From: Candidatus Enterousia sp.
GTDB lineage: Bacteria; Pseudomonadota; Alphaproteobacteria; Rs-D84
Direction: 5' to 3'
NCBI GenBank assembly: GCA_045635585.1
Contig: JAZTWA010000016.1
Coordinates: 10,785-74,784, forward strand
DNA length: 64,000 nucleotides
In this document: piece after piece, positions 1 to 9,636 of the stretch
Numbering within the stretch: position 1 is the first letter of the stretch
Layout: every line of letters starts with the position of its first letter
Program-made: the position numbers and the translations under genes
Notes under the pieces: generated by a model
The model's input: only the letters and a program-made list of their open reading frames with translations
What the model was told of the DNA's origin: nothing
Database searches by the model: none

Positions 1-1
1 G

Positions 2-1030
2 ATTGTCGTGAATGGGGCGCGTGGAAATAATTTGAAAAATATTACTGTTGAATTTCCATTGGGTAAATTTGTGGCATTAACTGGTGTGTCTGGATCTGGA
101 AAATCAACATTGTTATTGAATACTCTTTATCCTGCATTAATGCGTGCCTTGTATAATTCAAAACTGGAAACTGCAGAGCATGATGTTATAACGGGTATGG
201 AATGTGTGGATAAGGTGGTGGATATTGACCAATCACCAATTGGACGTAGTCCGCGCAGCAATCCTGCAACATATACGGGTGTGTTTGGCGATATTCGTGA
301 TTTCTTTGCGGAATTACCTGAGTCTAAGGCGCGTGGTTATACAGCAGGACGTTTTTCATTTAATGTCAAAGGTGGACGATGTGAAGCCTGCCAAGGTGAT
401 GGACAAATAAAAATAGAAATGAATTTCTTGGCCGACGTTTATGTGGAATGTGATTGTTGTCGTGGTACGCGATATAATGAAGAGACCTTGGCGGTTAAAT
501 ATAAAGGTAAATCAATCGCTGATGTGTTAAATATGACTGTCGAAGAGGCGTATCGATTCTTTATAAATGTGCCAAAAATTGCGCGTAAATTGGAATTGTT
601 AAAACGTGTAGGATTAGATTATATAAAATTGGGGCAAAGTTCTTTGGATTTGTCGGGGGGGGAAGCTCAACGTATAAAGTTATCCAAGGAATTGGCAGCG
701 CGCAGTACGGGTGAAACGATTTATATCTTGGATGAACCAACCACAGGATTACATTTCGAAGACGTTAAGCAATTGTTGTCTGTGTTGCATGAATTGGTTG
801 AACAGGGTAATACAGTTGTTGTTATTGAACATAACTTGGAAGTTATTAAAACGGCAGATTGGATAATTGATTTGGGTCCAACTGGTGGGGCGGCTGGTGG
901 ATATGTTATTGCAACAGGTACACCAGAACAGGTGGTGGATGTTCCAGAATCACAAACAGGAAAATATTTGCACAAGTATCTGGACAAATCGATAAAAGAC
1001 AATAAAATAAAAGAGCAGAAAAGGAGTTAA
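2..1030 (+). CDS. uvrA: Excinuclease ABC subunit A, C-terminal part (gene continues beyond the 5' window edge)
   Basis: Frame is open to the window edge. Second ABC module present: Walker [10 protein letters not shown], Zn module [14 protein letters not shown], signature [11 protein letters not shown], Walker [13 protein letters not shown]. Confidence 0.95.
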   Translation: MVVNGARGNNLKNITVEFPLGKFVALTGVSGSGKSTLLLNTLYPALMRALYNSKLETAEHDVITGMECVDKVVDIDQSPIGRSPRSNPATYTGVFGDIRDFFAELPESKARGYTAGRFSFNVKGGRCEACQGDGQIKIEMNFLADVYVECDCCRGTRYNEETLAVKYKGKSIADVLNMTVEEAYRFFINVPKIARKLELLKRVGLDYIKLGQSSLDLSGGEAQRIKLSKELAARSTGETIYILDEPTTGLHFEDVKQLLSVLHELVEQGNTVVVIEHNLEVIKTADWIIDLGPTGGAAGGYVIATGTPEQVVDVPESQTGKYLHKYLDKSIKDNKIKEQKRS

Positions 1031-1031
1031 T

Positions 1032-1550
1032 ATGTTTGGCTTTGGTAAAAAGAAAGAAAAAAAAGTAGTAGAAAAAGTAACACAAGCTGATGTCGCAGCC
1101 GCTGAAAAAGATCTGGGTGTGGATAAAATGCCCAGTGGCATGAAAGAAACGGCCCAGCGTATGATGTCGGGTCAGTTCGATATGAATGATATGTTGGCAC
1201 AGTTAAAACAAATAAAAAAGATGAGTAATTTTAGCGGATTGTTAAAAATGGTCCCAGGTATGAGTGGCGCTGTGGCGGCAATGAAAGAAAAAATAAAAGA
1301 TGGCAGTGTCGATGCGCAAATTAAAATCTTGGAAGCAATGACAGTTGCAGAACGTGCAGAACCAGAAAAGGTTTTTGCAAATGCCAAGGCACGTATCGCA
1401 GAAACAGCTGGGTGTACGGTTCGTGATGTAGAACATATGATTAAACAATACACAAAAATGAAACAGCAAATGGCGATGATTCAGCGTATGGGTGGAATGG
1501 AAGCTGTTATGCAAAAAATGCAACAGGGTGGTTTCCCAGGTGCGAAATAA
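1032..1550 (+). CDS. SRP54/Ffh M-domain-only protein (no N or G/GTPase domain)
   Basis: 172 aa. Aligns by eye with the E. coli Ffh M domain (FDMNDMLAQLKQIKKM vs FDLNDFLEQLRQMKNM; AMTVAERAEPE vs SMTMKERAKPE; Met-rich tail). AAAGGAG RBS; ATG lies 1 nt after the uvrA stop. Confidence 0.75.
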   Translation: MFGFGKKKEKKVVEKVTQADVAAAEKDLGVDKMPSGMKETAQRMMSGQFDMNDMLAQLKQIKKMSNFSGLLKMVPGMSGAVAAMKEKIKDGSVDAQIKILEAMTVAERAEPEKVFANAKARIAETAGCTVRDVEHMIKQYTKMKQQMAMIQRMGGMEAVMQKMQQGGFPGAK

Positions 1551-1561
1551 GTAGAAAATAT

Positions 1562-1807
1562 ATGGCGATTGTTGAACGGATAATGAACGTTATATCAGAA
1601 AAAAAGCCTTTGTTTTTTATGGGGGCAGATTTGGTAACGTATTATACCGTTCATACAGATGGCGCGCCGGGGCACAATGTGTATCACTTGTCTGAATTCA
1701 GATTTGATGCGGTGCCACAAATTGGAATGTATATGAAATATGTTGCAGACGAAACAGCCTTGAACAGTACGTATGGGGTTTATTGGCATATCCAAAAAGA
1801 AAGATAA
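1562..1807 (+). CDS. Hypothetical small protein (81 aa)
   Basis: ORF fills the same-strand gap before rlmE. No recognisable motif and a weak RBS. Confidence 0.3.
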   Translation: MAIVERIMNVISEKKPLFFMGADLVTYYTVHTDGAPGHNVYHLSEFRFDAVPQIGMYMKYVADETALNSTYGVYWHIQKER

Positions 1808-1811
1808 TAAA

Positions 1812-2471
1812 ATGAAAATAACAAATAAAAAAATTGCCAGCAGAAAGTCTTCGGTCGCATGGTTACAACGTCAGGCGGCGGATCCATATGTGGCACGTGC
1901 ACAAAAAGATGGATATCGCGCACGTGCGGCGTATAAGCTGATTGAAATGAATGAAAAATTCAAATTTCTGCGCAATGGTCAGGTTGTTGTCGATTTGGGT
2001 GCTGCCCCGGGGTCTTGGTCGCAATATATTGCGCGTACATATCCAAAATCCAAGATATTTGCGATGGATTTGTTAGAAATATCACCAATTGTTGGGGTTG
2101 AAACATATCAAGGTGATTTTACATCTGATGAAGCTTTACGCTGGTTGGAAGAAAAATTAAATTTGCCCGCAGATGAAGTTGGGGCAGGTACCGCGGATGT
2201 TGTGGTTTCCGATATGGCACCAAATACGGTTGGACATAAAAAAACCGATCATATTCGTCAGATGGTATTGTTGGAATATGCGTTCGATTTCGCGTTACGT
2301 GCATTGAAAATTGGTGGAACATTTGTTTGTAAATCTTTTACAGGGGGTACAACCCAAGACTTGTTAAAACAAATCAAAGAAAGATTTGAAACGGTGCATC
2401 ATATAAAACCGCCATCATCGCGCAAGGACAGTGTTGAAATGTTTATTGTTGCACTGGGGTTTCGTGGATAA
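1812..2471 (+). CDS. rlmE: 23S rRNA (uridine2552-2'-O)-methyltransferase RlmE/FtsJ
   Basis: FtsJ fold motifs: RARAAYKLIE, SAM loop VVDLGAAPGSWSQ, DVVVSDMAPN, FVCKSF. Start moved from the track start 1773 to ATG 1812 (MKITNKK). Confidence 0.9.
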   Translation: MKITNKKIASRKSSVAWLQRQAADPYVARAQKDGYRARAAYKLIEMNEKFKFLRNGQVVVDLGAAPGSWSQYIARTYPKSKIFAMDLLEISPIVGVETYQGDFTSDEALRWLEEKLNLPADEVGAGTADVVVSDMAPNTVGHKKTDHIRQMVLLEYAFDFALRALKIGGTFVCKSFTGGTTQDLLKQIKERFETVHHIKPPSSRKDSVEMFIVALGFRG

Positions 2472-2502
2472 AAACAATCGCCCGTTTGGGCGATTTTATT
2501 TT
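2471..2502. terminator. Bidirectional intrinsic terminator between convergent rlmE and rnhA
   Basis: Hairpin ATCGCCC-GTTT-GGGCGAT (2477-2494) flanked by an A-run and a T-run. Confidence 0.6.
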
Positions 2503-2924
2503 AGCGATTCGGCGGCGGTGCGTGCCAATGTATCAACGCGTTCATTCATTTCATCGCCGTTGTGTCCACGTACCCAGAACCAATGAATTTTTTTTATGGA
2601 TGCCAATTCATCTAATTGTTGCCATAAGTCTTGGTTTTTTACTGGTTGTTTGTTTGCAGTGCGCCAATTGTTTTTCTTCCAATTTTTTACCCATGATTGC
2701 ATGCCGTTTTTTACATATTGACTGTCTGTATGTATTTCTAATTCGTTATGTCGTGCCGCCGCAGTTAATGCGCGTATGACCGCCATTAATTCCATACGAT
2801 TGTTCGTAGTGTTTTTTTCGCCACCACTGCGTTCAGCAATGTTTTTTCCGTCTGTTGCGACAAAGCCCCATCCCCCGGGACCAGGATTGCCCAAGCAGCT
2901 GCCGTCTGTCCATATTTTTAACAT
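2496..2924 (-). CDS. rnhA: Ribonuclease HI
   Basis: 142 aa with canonical RNase H1 blocks: IWTDGSCLGNPGPGGWG, NNRMEL, HTDSQY, WVRGHNGDEMNERVD. Confidence 0.93.
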   Translation of the reverse strand: MLKIWTDGSCLGNPGPGGWGFVATDGKNIAERSGGEKNTTNNRMELMAVIRALTAAARHNELEIHTDSQYVKNGMQSWVKNWKKNNWRTANKQPVKNQDLWQQLDELASIKKIHWFWVRGHNGDEMNERVDTLARTAAESLK

Positions 2925-2960
2925 TTTTATCTGTGTCCTTTTTGTGATATAATATCATAC

Positions 2961-4742
2961 ATGGCATATAATTCCAAAGATTTAAAAGAAATGGCAAGTG
3001 CAGTACGCGCATGGGCAATGTATGCGTTACGTATGGCACATAGTGGACATGTCGGAATTGTGTTGGGGGCGGCAGATGTTGTTACCGCTGTGTATGCAAA
3101 TTTTCTGCGTCGTGGTCGTGATAGGTTTGTTTTGTCGGCGGGACATGGCAGTGCGCTGTTATATGCGGTGCTAAAATTATCAGGTTACAAGGTTGGTGAT
3201 TTAAGAGATTTTCGTAAGCTAGGTGGTTTGCCGGGACACCCAGAATTTGGAATTGATGGTGTTGATGCGACAACAGGGCCTTTGGGGCAGGGGGTCGGTA
3301 ATGCGGTTGGTATGGCATTGGCAGAAAAAATGAATCGTACGGATGCGCGGGTTTATTGTCTGTGTTCTGATGGCGATTTAATGGAAGGTGTTGCACAGGA
3401 ATCAATTGGGTTTGCCGGTCGGTATGGGTTAAATAATTTGATTTTATTATGGGATGATAATGGCGTCAGTATTGATGGTGTGGCACAGACGGATATTGAT
3501 ATACCAGCGCGTATGAAGGCGGCGGGTTGGAATGTAATATCAATTGATGGGAATGACTTTGTCAGTATAAATCGTGCCTTGACGGCAGCGCAAAAGTCTA
3601 ATATGCCTGTTTTTGTTCAGTCCAAGACACAAATCGGATTGGGGTCAACATTGGTTGGATCAAACAAGGCACATGGGTTTGCTTTGAACGATTCGGAAAT
3701 GATGCAATTGGTTCAACGGTATCTGTCGCCACGTGGTGAAGAAATGTGGGAACAAGTGCGACTGAAAAATGTGCCAGTGGTATCGGGGCATATAGATGAT
3801 AAATTGCCAAATGTTACGATGCCGGTTGTTGGTACGGCAATTTCAACGCGTGAATTGTCGGGAATTTGTCTGGCTGAATTAATTCGTAATGGTGTAAATG
3901 TGGTTGGGGGCAGTGCGGATTTAGGTAGCAGTACGAATGTGAAAGGTAAGTTAAGTCGCCCAATTTCAGCAAATGATTTTTCGGGAAATTATATTAATTT
4001 TGGTGTGCGTGAACATGCGATGGGCGCGATTATGAACGGTATGGCGTTGTCGGGAATGCGGGTGTTTGGTTCAACTTTTTTGGTGTTCAGTGATTATATG
4101 CGTCCCAGTATCCGCTTGGCGGCGTTGTCGGGTTTGCCCGTTGTATATGTGTTTACACACGATAGTGTGGCGGTTGGTGAAGATGGGCCAACGCATCAAC
4201 CGATTGAACAGTTGCCATCATTACGTTTGATTCCGAATTTAAATGTATTTCGTCCATGTAATGTGAATGAGGTGTTGTATGCGTGGCAACGTGCATTGTC
4301 TGAAAAAAAACGACCAAGCTGTATTGTTTTGTCGCGCCAGACTATTAAGCAAATTGAAACACCTTTGGGGGCGGATGTAGCACGCGGTGCATATGTAATT
4401 TGGCCTGCGATAGCGGCACGTGTGCGTGCAACGATTATTGCCACCGGCAGTGAGGTGCCATTGGCAGTTATGGTCGCGCAACGTCTGGGAAATGCGGTTC
4501 AGGTTGTGTCGATGCCATCTGTCGCGGATTTTAGATTGCAAGATGATGAATATAAACAGAAAATTTTGATGGGAACTGTTGTTGCAATAGAGGCGGCGGC
4601 TTCTGCCCCATGGTTTGAATTTGCAGATGCGGTAATCGGAATAGATAGGTTTGGTATGTCGGGGGCCGGGGATGCGGTTTATTCTGAAATGGGTTTTGAT
4701 ATAGATACGATTGTTGGTGATATTAAAAGTAAAATTAAATAA
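2961..4742 (+). CDS. tkt: Transketolase (compact, 593 aa)
   Basis: N-terminal SGHVG/TPP-binding region, CSDGDLMEGV (GDG-type motif), THDSVAVGEDGPTHQPIEQL in the Pyr domain, and a C-terminal domain. Confidence 0.92.
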   Translation: MAYNSKDLKEMASAVRAWAMYALRMAHSGHVGIVLGAADVVTAVYANFLRRGRDRFVLSAGHGSALLYAVLKLSGYKVGDLRDFRKLGGLPGHPEFGIDGVDATTGPLGQGVGNAVGMALAEKMNRTDARVYCLCSDGDLMEGVAQESIGFAGRYGLNNLILLWDDNGVSIDGVAQTDIDIPARMKAAGWNVISIDGNDFVSINRALTAAQKSNMPVFVQSKTQIGLGSTLVGSNKAHGFALNDSEMMQLVQRYLSPRGEEMWEQVRLKNVPVVSGHIDDKLPNVTMPVVGTAISTRELSGICLAELIRNGVNVVGGSADLGSSTNVKGKLSRPISANDFSGNYINFGVREHAMGAIMNGMALSGMRVFGSTFLVFSDYMRPSIRLAALSGLPVVYVFTHDSVAVGEDGPTHQPIEQLPSLRLIPNLNVFRPCNVNEVLYAWQRALSEKKRPSCIVLSRQTIKQIETPLGADVARGAYVIWPAIAARVRATIIATGSEVPLAVMVAQRLGNAVQVVSMPSVADFRLQDDEYKQKILMGTVVAIEAAASAPWFEFADAVIGIDRFGMSGAGDAVYSEMGFDIDTIVGDIKSKIK

Positions 4743-4743
4743 A

Positions 4744-5442
4744 ATGTCAGAATATCTTTTTGTTTTGTCGAATGGTGACGAAATTCCTGTGTTTATTGCT
4801 ACGAAGCGTGGAATGCGTAATATTACTTTGCGACCAAAGGTGCGACCAAGGCGTGAAATTCATATTTCAAAACCATGGTTGGTTACAGATGCATCGGCAA
4901 TTAAGTTTTTAACGCAAAAGCAAAAATGGGTAGAAGGTATTTTTCAAAAGTGTCCTGATAAAATTAAGTTAAAGTCGGGTGATGAAATTGTTTTTTTGGG
5001 GCGCAAAGTTATATTAGAACATGTGCCAAATATACGTTCTAATAAATTTAGTGATGATGGTGCACGATTATTTGTTGGAGGTGGGGTGGATATGTTTGAA
5101 CGTCGTGTGCGTGATTTTATCAAGGCAGAATTTTTAAAAGAATTAAAGGTAGTAATTCGATCTGTGCCATCCGAATTTTGGCCAGCACGAATTGCCTTGC
5201 GTGATACGACGTCGCGTTGGGGCAGTTGTTCTACATCTGGGACGATGTCTTTTTCATGGCGATTGGCATTTGCGCCATATGATGTGATGCGCTATGTTGT
5301 TATGCATGAATTGGCGCATGTTCGACATATGGACCATTCGCCAGAATTTTGGGCGACTGTGCGTGAGTTGTATGGTTTTGGTGTGGAACGTGCAAAGCGT
5401 TGGTTGACACAAAATGGTGGTCAATTACATCAGTATTTTTAA
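4744..5442 (+). CDS. YgjP/DUF45-family zinc metallohydrolase
   Basis: Motif HELAHVRHMDHSPEFW near the C-terminus. Start set at ATG 4744, just after the tkt stop (track ORF begins at 4711 inside tkt). Confidence 0.8.
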   Translation: MSEYLFVLSNGDEIPVFIATKRGMRNITLRPKVRPRREIHISKPWLVTDASAIKFLTQKQKWVEGIFQKCPDKIKLKSGDEIVFLGRKVILEHVPNIRSNKFSDDGARLFVGGGVDMFERRVRDFIKAEFLKELKVVIRSVPSEFWPARIALRDTTSRWGSCSTSGTMSFSWRLAFAPYDVMRYVVMHELAHVRHMDHSPEFWATVRELYGFGVERAKRWLTQNGGQLHQYF

Positions 5443-5693
5443 TTTGTGAAAATGTACCTGTGGCATAATTTGTGATTATGTGGTTATGCGTCCCGCCTTG
5501 TGTTTTTATATTATTTGCTTGAATGTTTTGAAAAATGTTCTAGAATTAACATGATGTTTATTGATGGATTGATTTTTGTTGGATTCCATCACGCCCGTTT
5601 GGGTGGGTATTAGCATTTTGTTTTTTTATGTAGTATAATTGGGCATTATTAATGTCGCGATTTTTATATATTGTAACAATGAGGATTAATTAA

Positions 5694-6986
5694 ATGGATT
5701 TAAAACCAACAAAACCCTTGTCGGGATTTATAGAATTAACACCAGTGCAACAGCGCTGTTTTGATGAATGTGCCACGCGTATGCAAAAAGTTTTACGTAA
5801 TGCGGGTTTTTCGCATTTAGATTTGCCGGCAATTGAACGTGCAGAAGTTTTGACGGATAAAGATAACTGGGATGAAATTGAAACTCAGATGTTCTTGTTC
5901 CAAAAAGGCGATACCAAGATGGGGTTGCGTTATGATGGTACGGTTGGTTTGTCGCGTTATGTTGCAGGTCATATGAATGATTTGGTGTTTCCGTTTCGGG
6001 CGTATCAGTTTGCACGTAATTATCGTGGTGAACGTCCGCAACGTGGCAGATATCGTGAATTTTATCAGATGGATTTGGATATTATGGGGATTAATTCGTT
6101 ATCAACGAATTATGATGCAGAAATTGTTGCGACTTTGTCGCGTGTGTATGAATCTGTGGCGGAATTTATTGGACCAACATATGTCCGTGTTGGAAACAGA
6201 AAATTTTGGAATGCAATGTTTGATTTTCTGGATTTAGATGATGTAAAACGTCGCAGCGCATTTGTTTTAATCGACAAAAAAGATAAATTAAAGGATTTTG
6301 AAGAAGGATTGGTTGAAGAACTTGGGGCGGGGGCGGCCGCAGAAATCAATCGTGTTTTTACAGAAGGTTATCGTTCTTTTGTTGGTAAAACAGAAGATTT
6401 AGATTCTGCAATTGTGGAATTGGATGGTTTTATGGAATTATTGAATGCAATGGGTGTAAAAAATGCCCAGATTGATTTGGGGATTATGCGTGGTCATGCA
6501 TATTATACGGGTGTTGTGTTCGAATTCTTTTTGAAAGATTTTCCAGAATTGGGTGCGATTGGTGGCGGTGGTCGATATGAAGATTTGGCGTCCAAGTTTT
6601 CAAAAACTAAAATTATTGGTGTTGGGGCCGCGGTTGGTTTTTCGCGTCTGATGGTGGCGTTATTGGAAGAAAACAAAATTGATTTGACCAAATTTGAAAA
6701 GCCAATTGATGTTGCTGTTTTGGTTATGGGGGCAAATCAGGTTGTGTATTCTATGTCGGTGCTGGGTGCGTTGCGTGATGCAAATATTGCATCGGTTGCG
6801 TATCTGGATGCGGATAAAAAGTTTAAAAACCAGATTGAATATGCGGATAAAATTAATGCAAAATATGCAATAATAATTGGTGACACAGAAGTTGAAAACA
6901 ATGTTGTTGCACTGAAAAATATGGTCACAGGTGAACAACAAAGTGTGACGGTTGTCGATGCAATTAAAATAATAATGGGTTGTTAA
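5694..6986 (+). CDS. hisS: Histidine--tRNA ligase
   Basis: Class II aaRS: motif 2 FRAYQFARNYRGERPQRGRYREFYQMD, motif 3 GGGGRYEDL, and a C-terminal HGTP-type anticodon-binding domain. Confidence 0.85.
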   Translation: MDLKPTKPLSGFIELTPVQQRCFDECATRMQKVLRNAGFSHLDLPAIERAEVLTDKDNWDEIETQMFLFQKGDTKMGLRYDGTVGLSRYVAGHMNDLVFPFRAYQFARNYRGERPQRGRYREFYQMDLDIMGINSLSTNYDAEIVATLSRVYESVAEFIGPTYVRVGNRKFWNAMFDFLDLDDVKRRSAFVLIDKKDKLKDFEEGLVEELGAGAAAEINRVFTEGYRSFVGKTEDLDSAIVELDGFMELLNAMGVKNAQIDLGIMRGHAYYTGVVFEFFLKDFPELGAIGGGGRYEDLASKFSKTKIIGVGAAVGFSRLMVALLEENKIDLTKFEKPIDVAVLVMGANQVVYSMSVLGALRDANIASVAYLDADKKFKNQIEYADKINAKYAIIIGDTEVENNVVALKNMVTGEQQSVTVVDAIKIIMGC

Positions 6987-6990
6987 TAAG

Positions 6991-8055
6991 ATGATAATAG
7001 AACAAAAATTACGGGATATTCAGACCCGCGCCACAGAAATCGAAGCCCAGATGAATACTGGGGCGGTTGGTGGTGATGAATTGGCCAAATTGTCCAAGGA
7101 ATATTCGCGATTGTCGGAAATATTGCCGTTGATAAATGAATATTTTCAAACGGTATCTGGGATTGCGGATGCAAAAGAAATGCAAAATGAACCAGAATTA
7201 CGCGAAATTGCTTTGGAACAATTAAATGATTTGAGTCATGCCTTGCCAGAGATTGAAAAGAAGTTGCAAATTGCATTGCTGCCACGTGACGATGCGGATG
7301 ATAATGGTGTAATTATGGAAATTCGCGCCGGTGTTGGCGGGGAAGAATCTGCATTGTTTGCGGGTGATTTATATAATCAGTATAAATCTTATGCATTGCG
7401 TCAGGGTTGGCGTGTCGAAGTTATCGAAGAAAATGCGACGTCTTTGCGTGGATATAAAGAAATTATCTTTAAAATAGATGGGGCAGGTGCATATGGACGT
7501 ATGAAGTTCGAATCTGGGATTCATCGTGTGCAACGTGTACCAGAAACCGAAGCGGGTGGCCGAATTCATACCAGTGCCGCATCTGTCGCGGTTATGCCCG
7601 AAGCCAAGGATATTGACGTTGTTATCGAAGATAAAGATATTCGTATAGATATCTTTCGTGCATCTGGGGCCGGTGGCCAACATGTTAATAAGACTGATAG
7701 TGCAATTCGTATCACGCACTTTCCAACAGGTATCGTTGTTACGTGTCAAAATGAACGTTCGCAATTGCAAAATAAGACTGCGGCGATGGCTGTCTTGCGT
7801 TCAAAGCTATATGAAAAGCAGCGCGCAGAACAAGAAAGCGCAAGTAATGCATCGCGTAAATCGATGGTTGGTTCGGGTGATCGTAGTGAAAAGATACGTA
7901 CCTATAATTTCCCGGAACAGCGTGTAACAGATCATCGTATTAAATTAACTTTGTACAAGTTGGATGATATTTTGGCTGGTGGTGTGGCATTAGATGAAAT
8001 GATTGATGCCTTGATTGCTGCGGATCAGTTGGAACAATTGGCGAATATGGATTAG
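6991..8055 (+). CDS. prfA: Peptide chain release factor 1
   Basis: GGQ motif (SGAGGQHVNKTDSAIRITH) and RF1-type PxT region QRVPETEAGGRIHTS. Confidence 0.93.
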   Translation: MIIEQKLRDIQTRATEIEAQMNTGAVGGDELAKLSKEYSRLSEILPLINEYFQTVSGIADAKEMQNEPELREIALEQLNDLSHALPEIEKKLQIALLPRDDADDNGVIMEIRAGVGGEESALFAGDLYNQYKSYALRQGWRVEVIEENATSLRGYKEIIFKIDGAGAYGRMKFESGIHRVQRVPETEAGGRIHTSAASVAVMPEAKDIDVVIEDKDIRIDIFRASGAGGQHVNKTDSAIRITHFPTGIVVTCQNERSQLQNKTAAMAVLRSKLYEKQRAEQESASNASRKSMVGSGDRSEKIRTYNFPEQRVTDHRIKLTLYKLDDILAGGVALDEMIDALIAADQLEQLANMD

Positions 8056-8132
8056 TTGTTGCGAATAAAAATCTGCCGTGGGGCAGATTTTTTATTGTTT
8101 GTTGGTCTTTTTTTGATATTATATATGCCGTT

Positions 8133-8693
8133 ATGAAGCCAGAATGTGAAGATTTTATTGATAGACCAGTTGTTATGGTCGGTTTGATGGGGGCGGGTAA
8201 AACCAGTGTGGGGCGTGCATTGGCGCGTCGTTTGGGGATCCCGTTTGTTGATTCTGATAAAGAAATAGAAGCCGCGGCAGGATGTAGTGTGGTCGATATT
8301 TTTGCAATGTATGGCGAAGAAGAATTTCGACGTGTTGAACAACGTGTAATTGAACGTTTGTTGGATACACCGCCTGCTTTAAAGGTTATTTCAACGGGCG
8401 AGGGGGCTTTTATCACGCCTGCGGTGCGTGAAATGGTGTTGGAACGTGCTTTGTCTGTATGGTTGCGTGCGGATTTAGATTTGTTGGTAAAACGTACGCG
8501 CAGTCGTGATACGCGTCCACAATTATTAAATACGGATAGTCGTAAAATATTGGATCAATTGATTCAGGATAGATATAAAACCTATGCGTTGGCTGATATT
8601 GTGGTTGATACACATGATGAAAGTTTACGTAAAACATTGTCGCAAGTGTTGCGTGCAATAGATGAGTATTCTAATAGGCAAGATAAGGAGTAA
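8133..8693 (+). CDS. aroK: Shikimate kinase
   Basis: Walker A GLMGAGKTSVGRALA followed by FVDSDKEIE. Size 186 aa. Confidence 0.9.
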   Translation: MKPECEDFIDRPVVMVGLMGAGKTSVGRALARRLGIPFVDSDKEIEAAAGCSVVDIFAMYGEEEFRRVEQRVIERLLDTPPALKVISTGEGAFITPAVREMVLERALSVWLRADLDLLVKRTRSRDTRPQLLNTDSRKILDQLIQDRYKTYALADIVVDTHDESLRKTLSQVLRAIDEYSNRQDKE

Positions 8694-8697
8694 GAAA

Positions 8698-9270
8698 ATG
8701 GCAAAAAAAACGAATATTTTTAAGGAATTTAGTACTTTTGTTCAGCGTGGCAATGCAATCGATATGGCTGTCGGTATCATTGTTGGTAGTGTAATGACCG
8801 GTGTGGTTAATTCTTTGGTAAAAGATGTGATTATGCCGCCAATTGGGTTGTTGGTTGGTGGTGTTGATTTTTCACAGTGGTTCTTTGTCTTGGGGGGTGG
8901 CGAATCTGGTGCAGTTTATGAAACGATTGCCCAAGCACAGGCTGCCGGTGCGACGACGTTGAATTTGGGTATGTTTTTAAATTCGGTGGTAAGTTTCTTT
9001 ATCACAATGTTTGCGATTTTCTTGTTTGTTCGCACAATGAATAAGATGCGTGATAAAAAACCGGCAAACACACATGCGTGTCCATATTGTAAATCAACAA
9101 TTAGTAATGCGGCAACCAAATGTGCGTTTTGTTGTTCTGATGTTGAACCTGTTGAAACGGCTACGGTTGAAGATAGTGAATTGAAAAAGGGGCTGAAAAG
9201 TTTGAAAAAGGTTGCGACGGATGTTGCATCTGAATCATTGACAAAGATAAAAAAGATAACAAAACACTAA
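8698..9270 (+). CDS. mscL: Large-conductance mechanosensitive channel MscL with C-terminal Cys4 extension
   Basis: FKEFSTFVQRGNAIDMAVGIIVG plus two TM helices typical of MscL. Extra ~55 aa tail carries CPYC-x10-CAFCC. Start at ATG 8698. Confidence 0.88.
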   Translation: MAKKTNIFKEFSTFVQRGNAIDMAVGIIVGSVMTGVVNSLVKDVIMPPIGLLVGGVDFSQWFFVLGGGESGAVYETIAQAQAAGATTLNLGMFLNSVVSFFITMFAIFLFVRTMNKMRDKKPANTHACPYCKSTISNAATKCAFCCSDVEPVETATVEDSELKKGLKSLKKVATDVASESLTKIKKITKH

Positions 9271-9318
9271 AAAAATATGGTGTTTTATCAAAAAAAGACC
9301 GGAATTCTGGGACTTTTT

Positions 9319-9350
9319 GGGCAAAAAATTACTTTTTGCCCATTTTTTTT
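9319..9350 (+). terminator. Intrinsic terminator of mscL
   Basis: GGGCAAAAA-loop-TTTTTGCCC followed by T8. Confidence 0.6.
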
Positions 9351-9608
9351 ATAGGGTGTAGGGTGTTTATGTATAGTTTTTAGTGTTTGTGTGTTTGTTT
9401 TATGTGTATGTGCAAGTGTATTAAGATAGTCGTTGTGTTGTGTGTTATATAGATGTCGGGTGAAGGTGTTTTTTAGATGGTGTTGTGTTAAAAAATATTT
9501 TGCGTCACGTGTGTAATATTTTCTGTCTTGTGGTGTTCTTAAAAAATATTTGAATAATTATCTGGTTGGTTGAAATGTCTTTGAATCCGCGGGGTGTGTA
9601 ATATTGTA

Positions 9609-9636
9609 AAGGCGCATAATGTATATTATGTATAGT
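9609..9636. other. dif: dif-like XerC/XerD chromosome dimer resolution site
   Basis: AAGGCGCATAA-TGTATA-TTATGTATAGT against E. coli dif GGTGCGCATAA-TGTATA-TTATGTTAAAT: 22/28 identical, including a contiguous 20-nt identity (GCGCATAATGTATATTATGT). Lies in an ORF-free gap. Confidence 0.65.

Noticed and set aside
655-662. Homopolymeric G/C tracts inside genes (G8 at 655-662 in uvrA; C8 at 16977-16984 in the methyltransferase) as phase-variation switches.
   Set aside because: They encode conserved Gly-Gly dipeptides of essential motifs (LSGGE; GTGG) in housekeeping genes. There is no evidence of variability from a single sequence.
9351-9372. GGGTGTAGGGTG near dif as an FtsK-orienting KOPS (GGGNAGGG) motif.
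   Set aside because: It does not fit the 8-mer consensus, and KOPS polarity cannot be assessed from one window.
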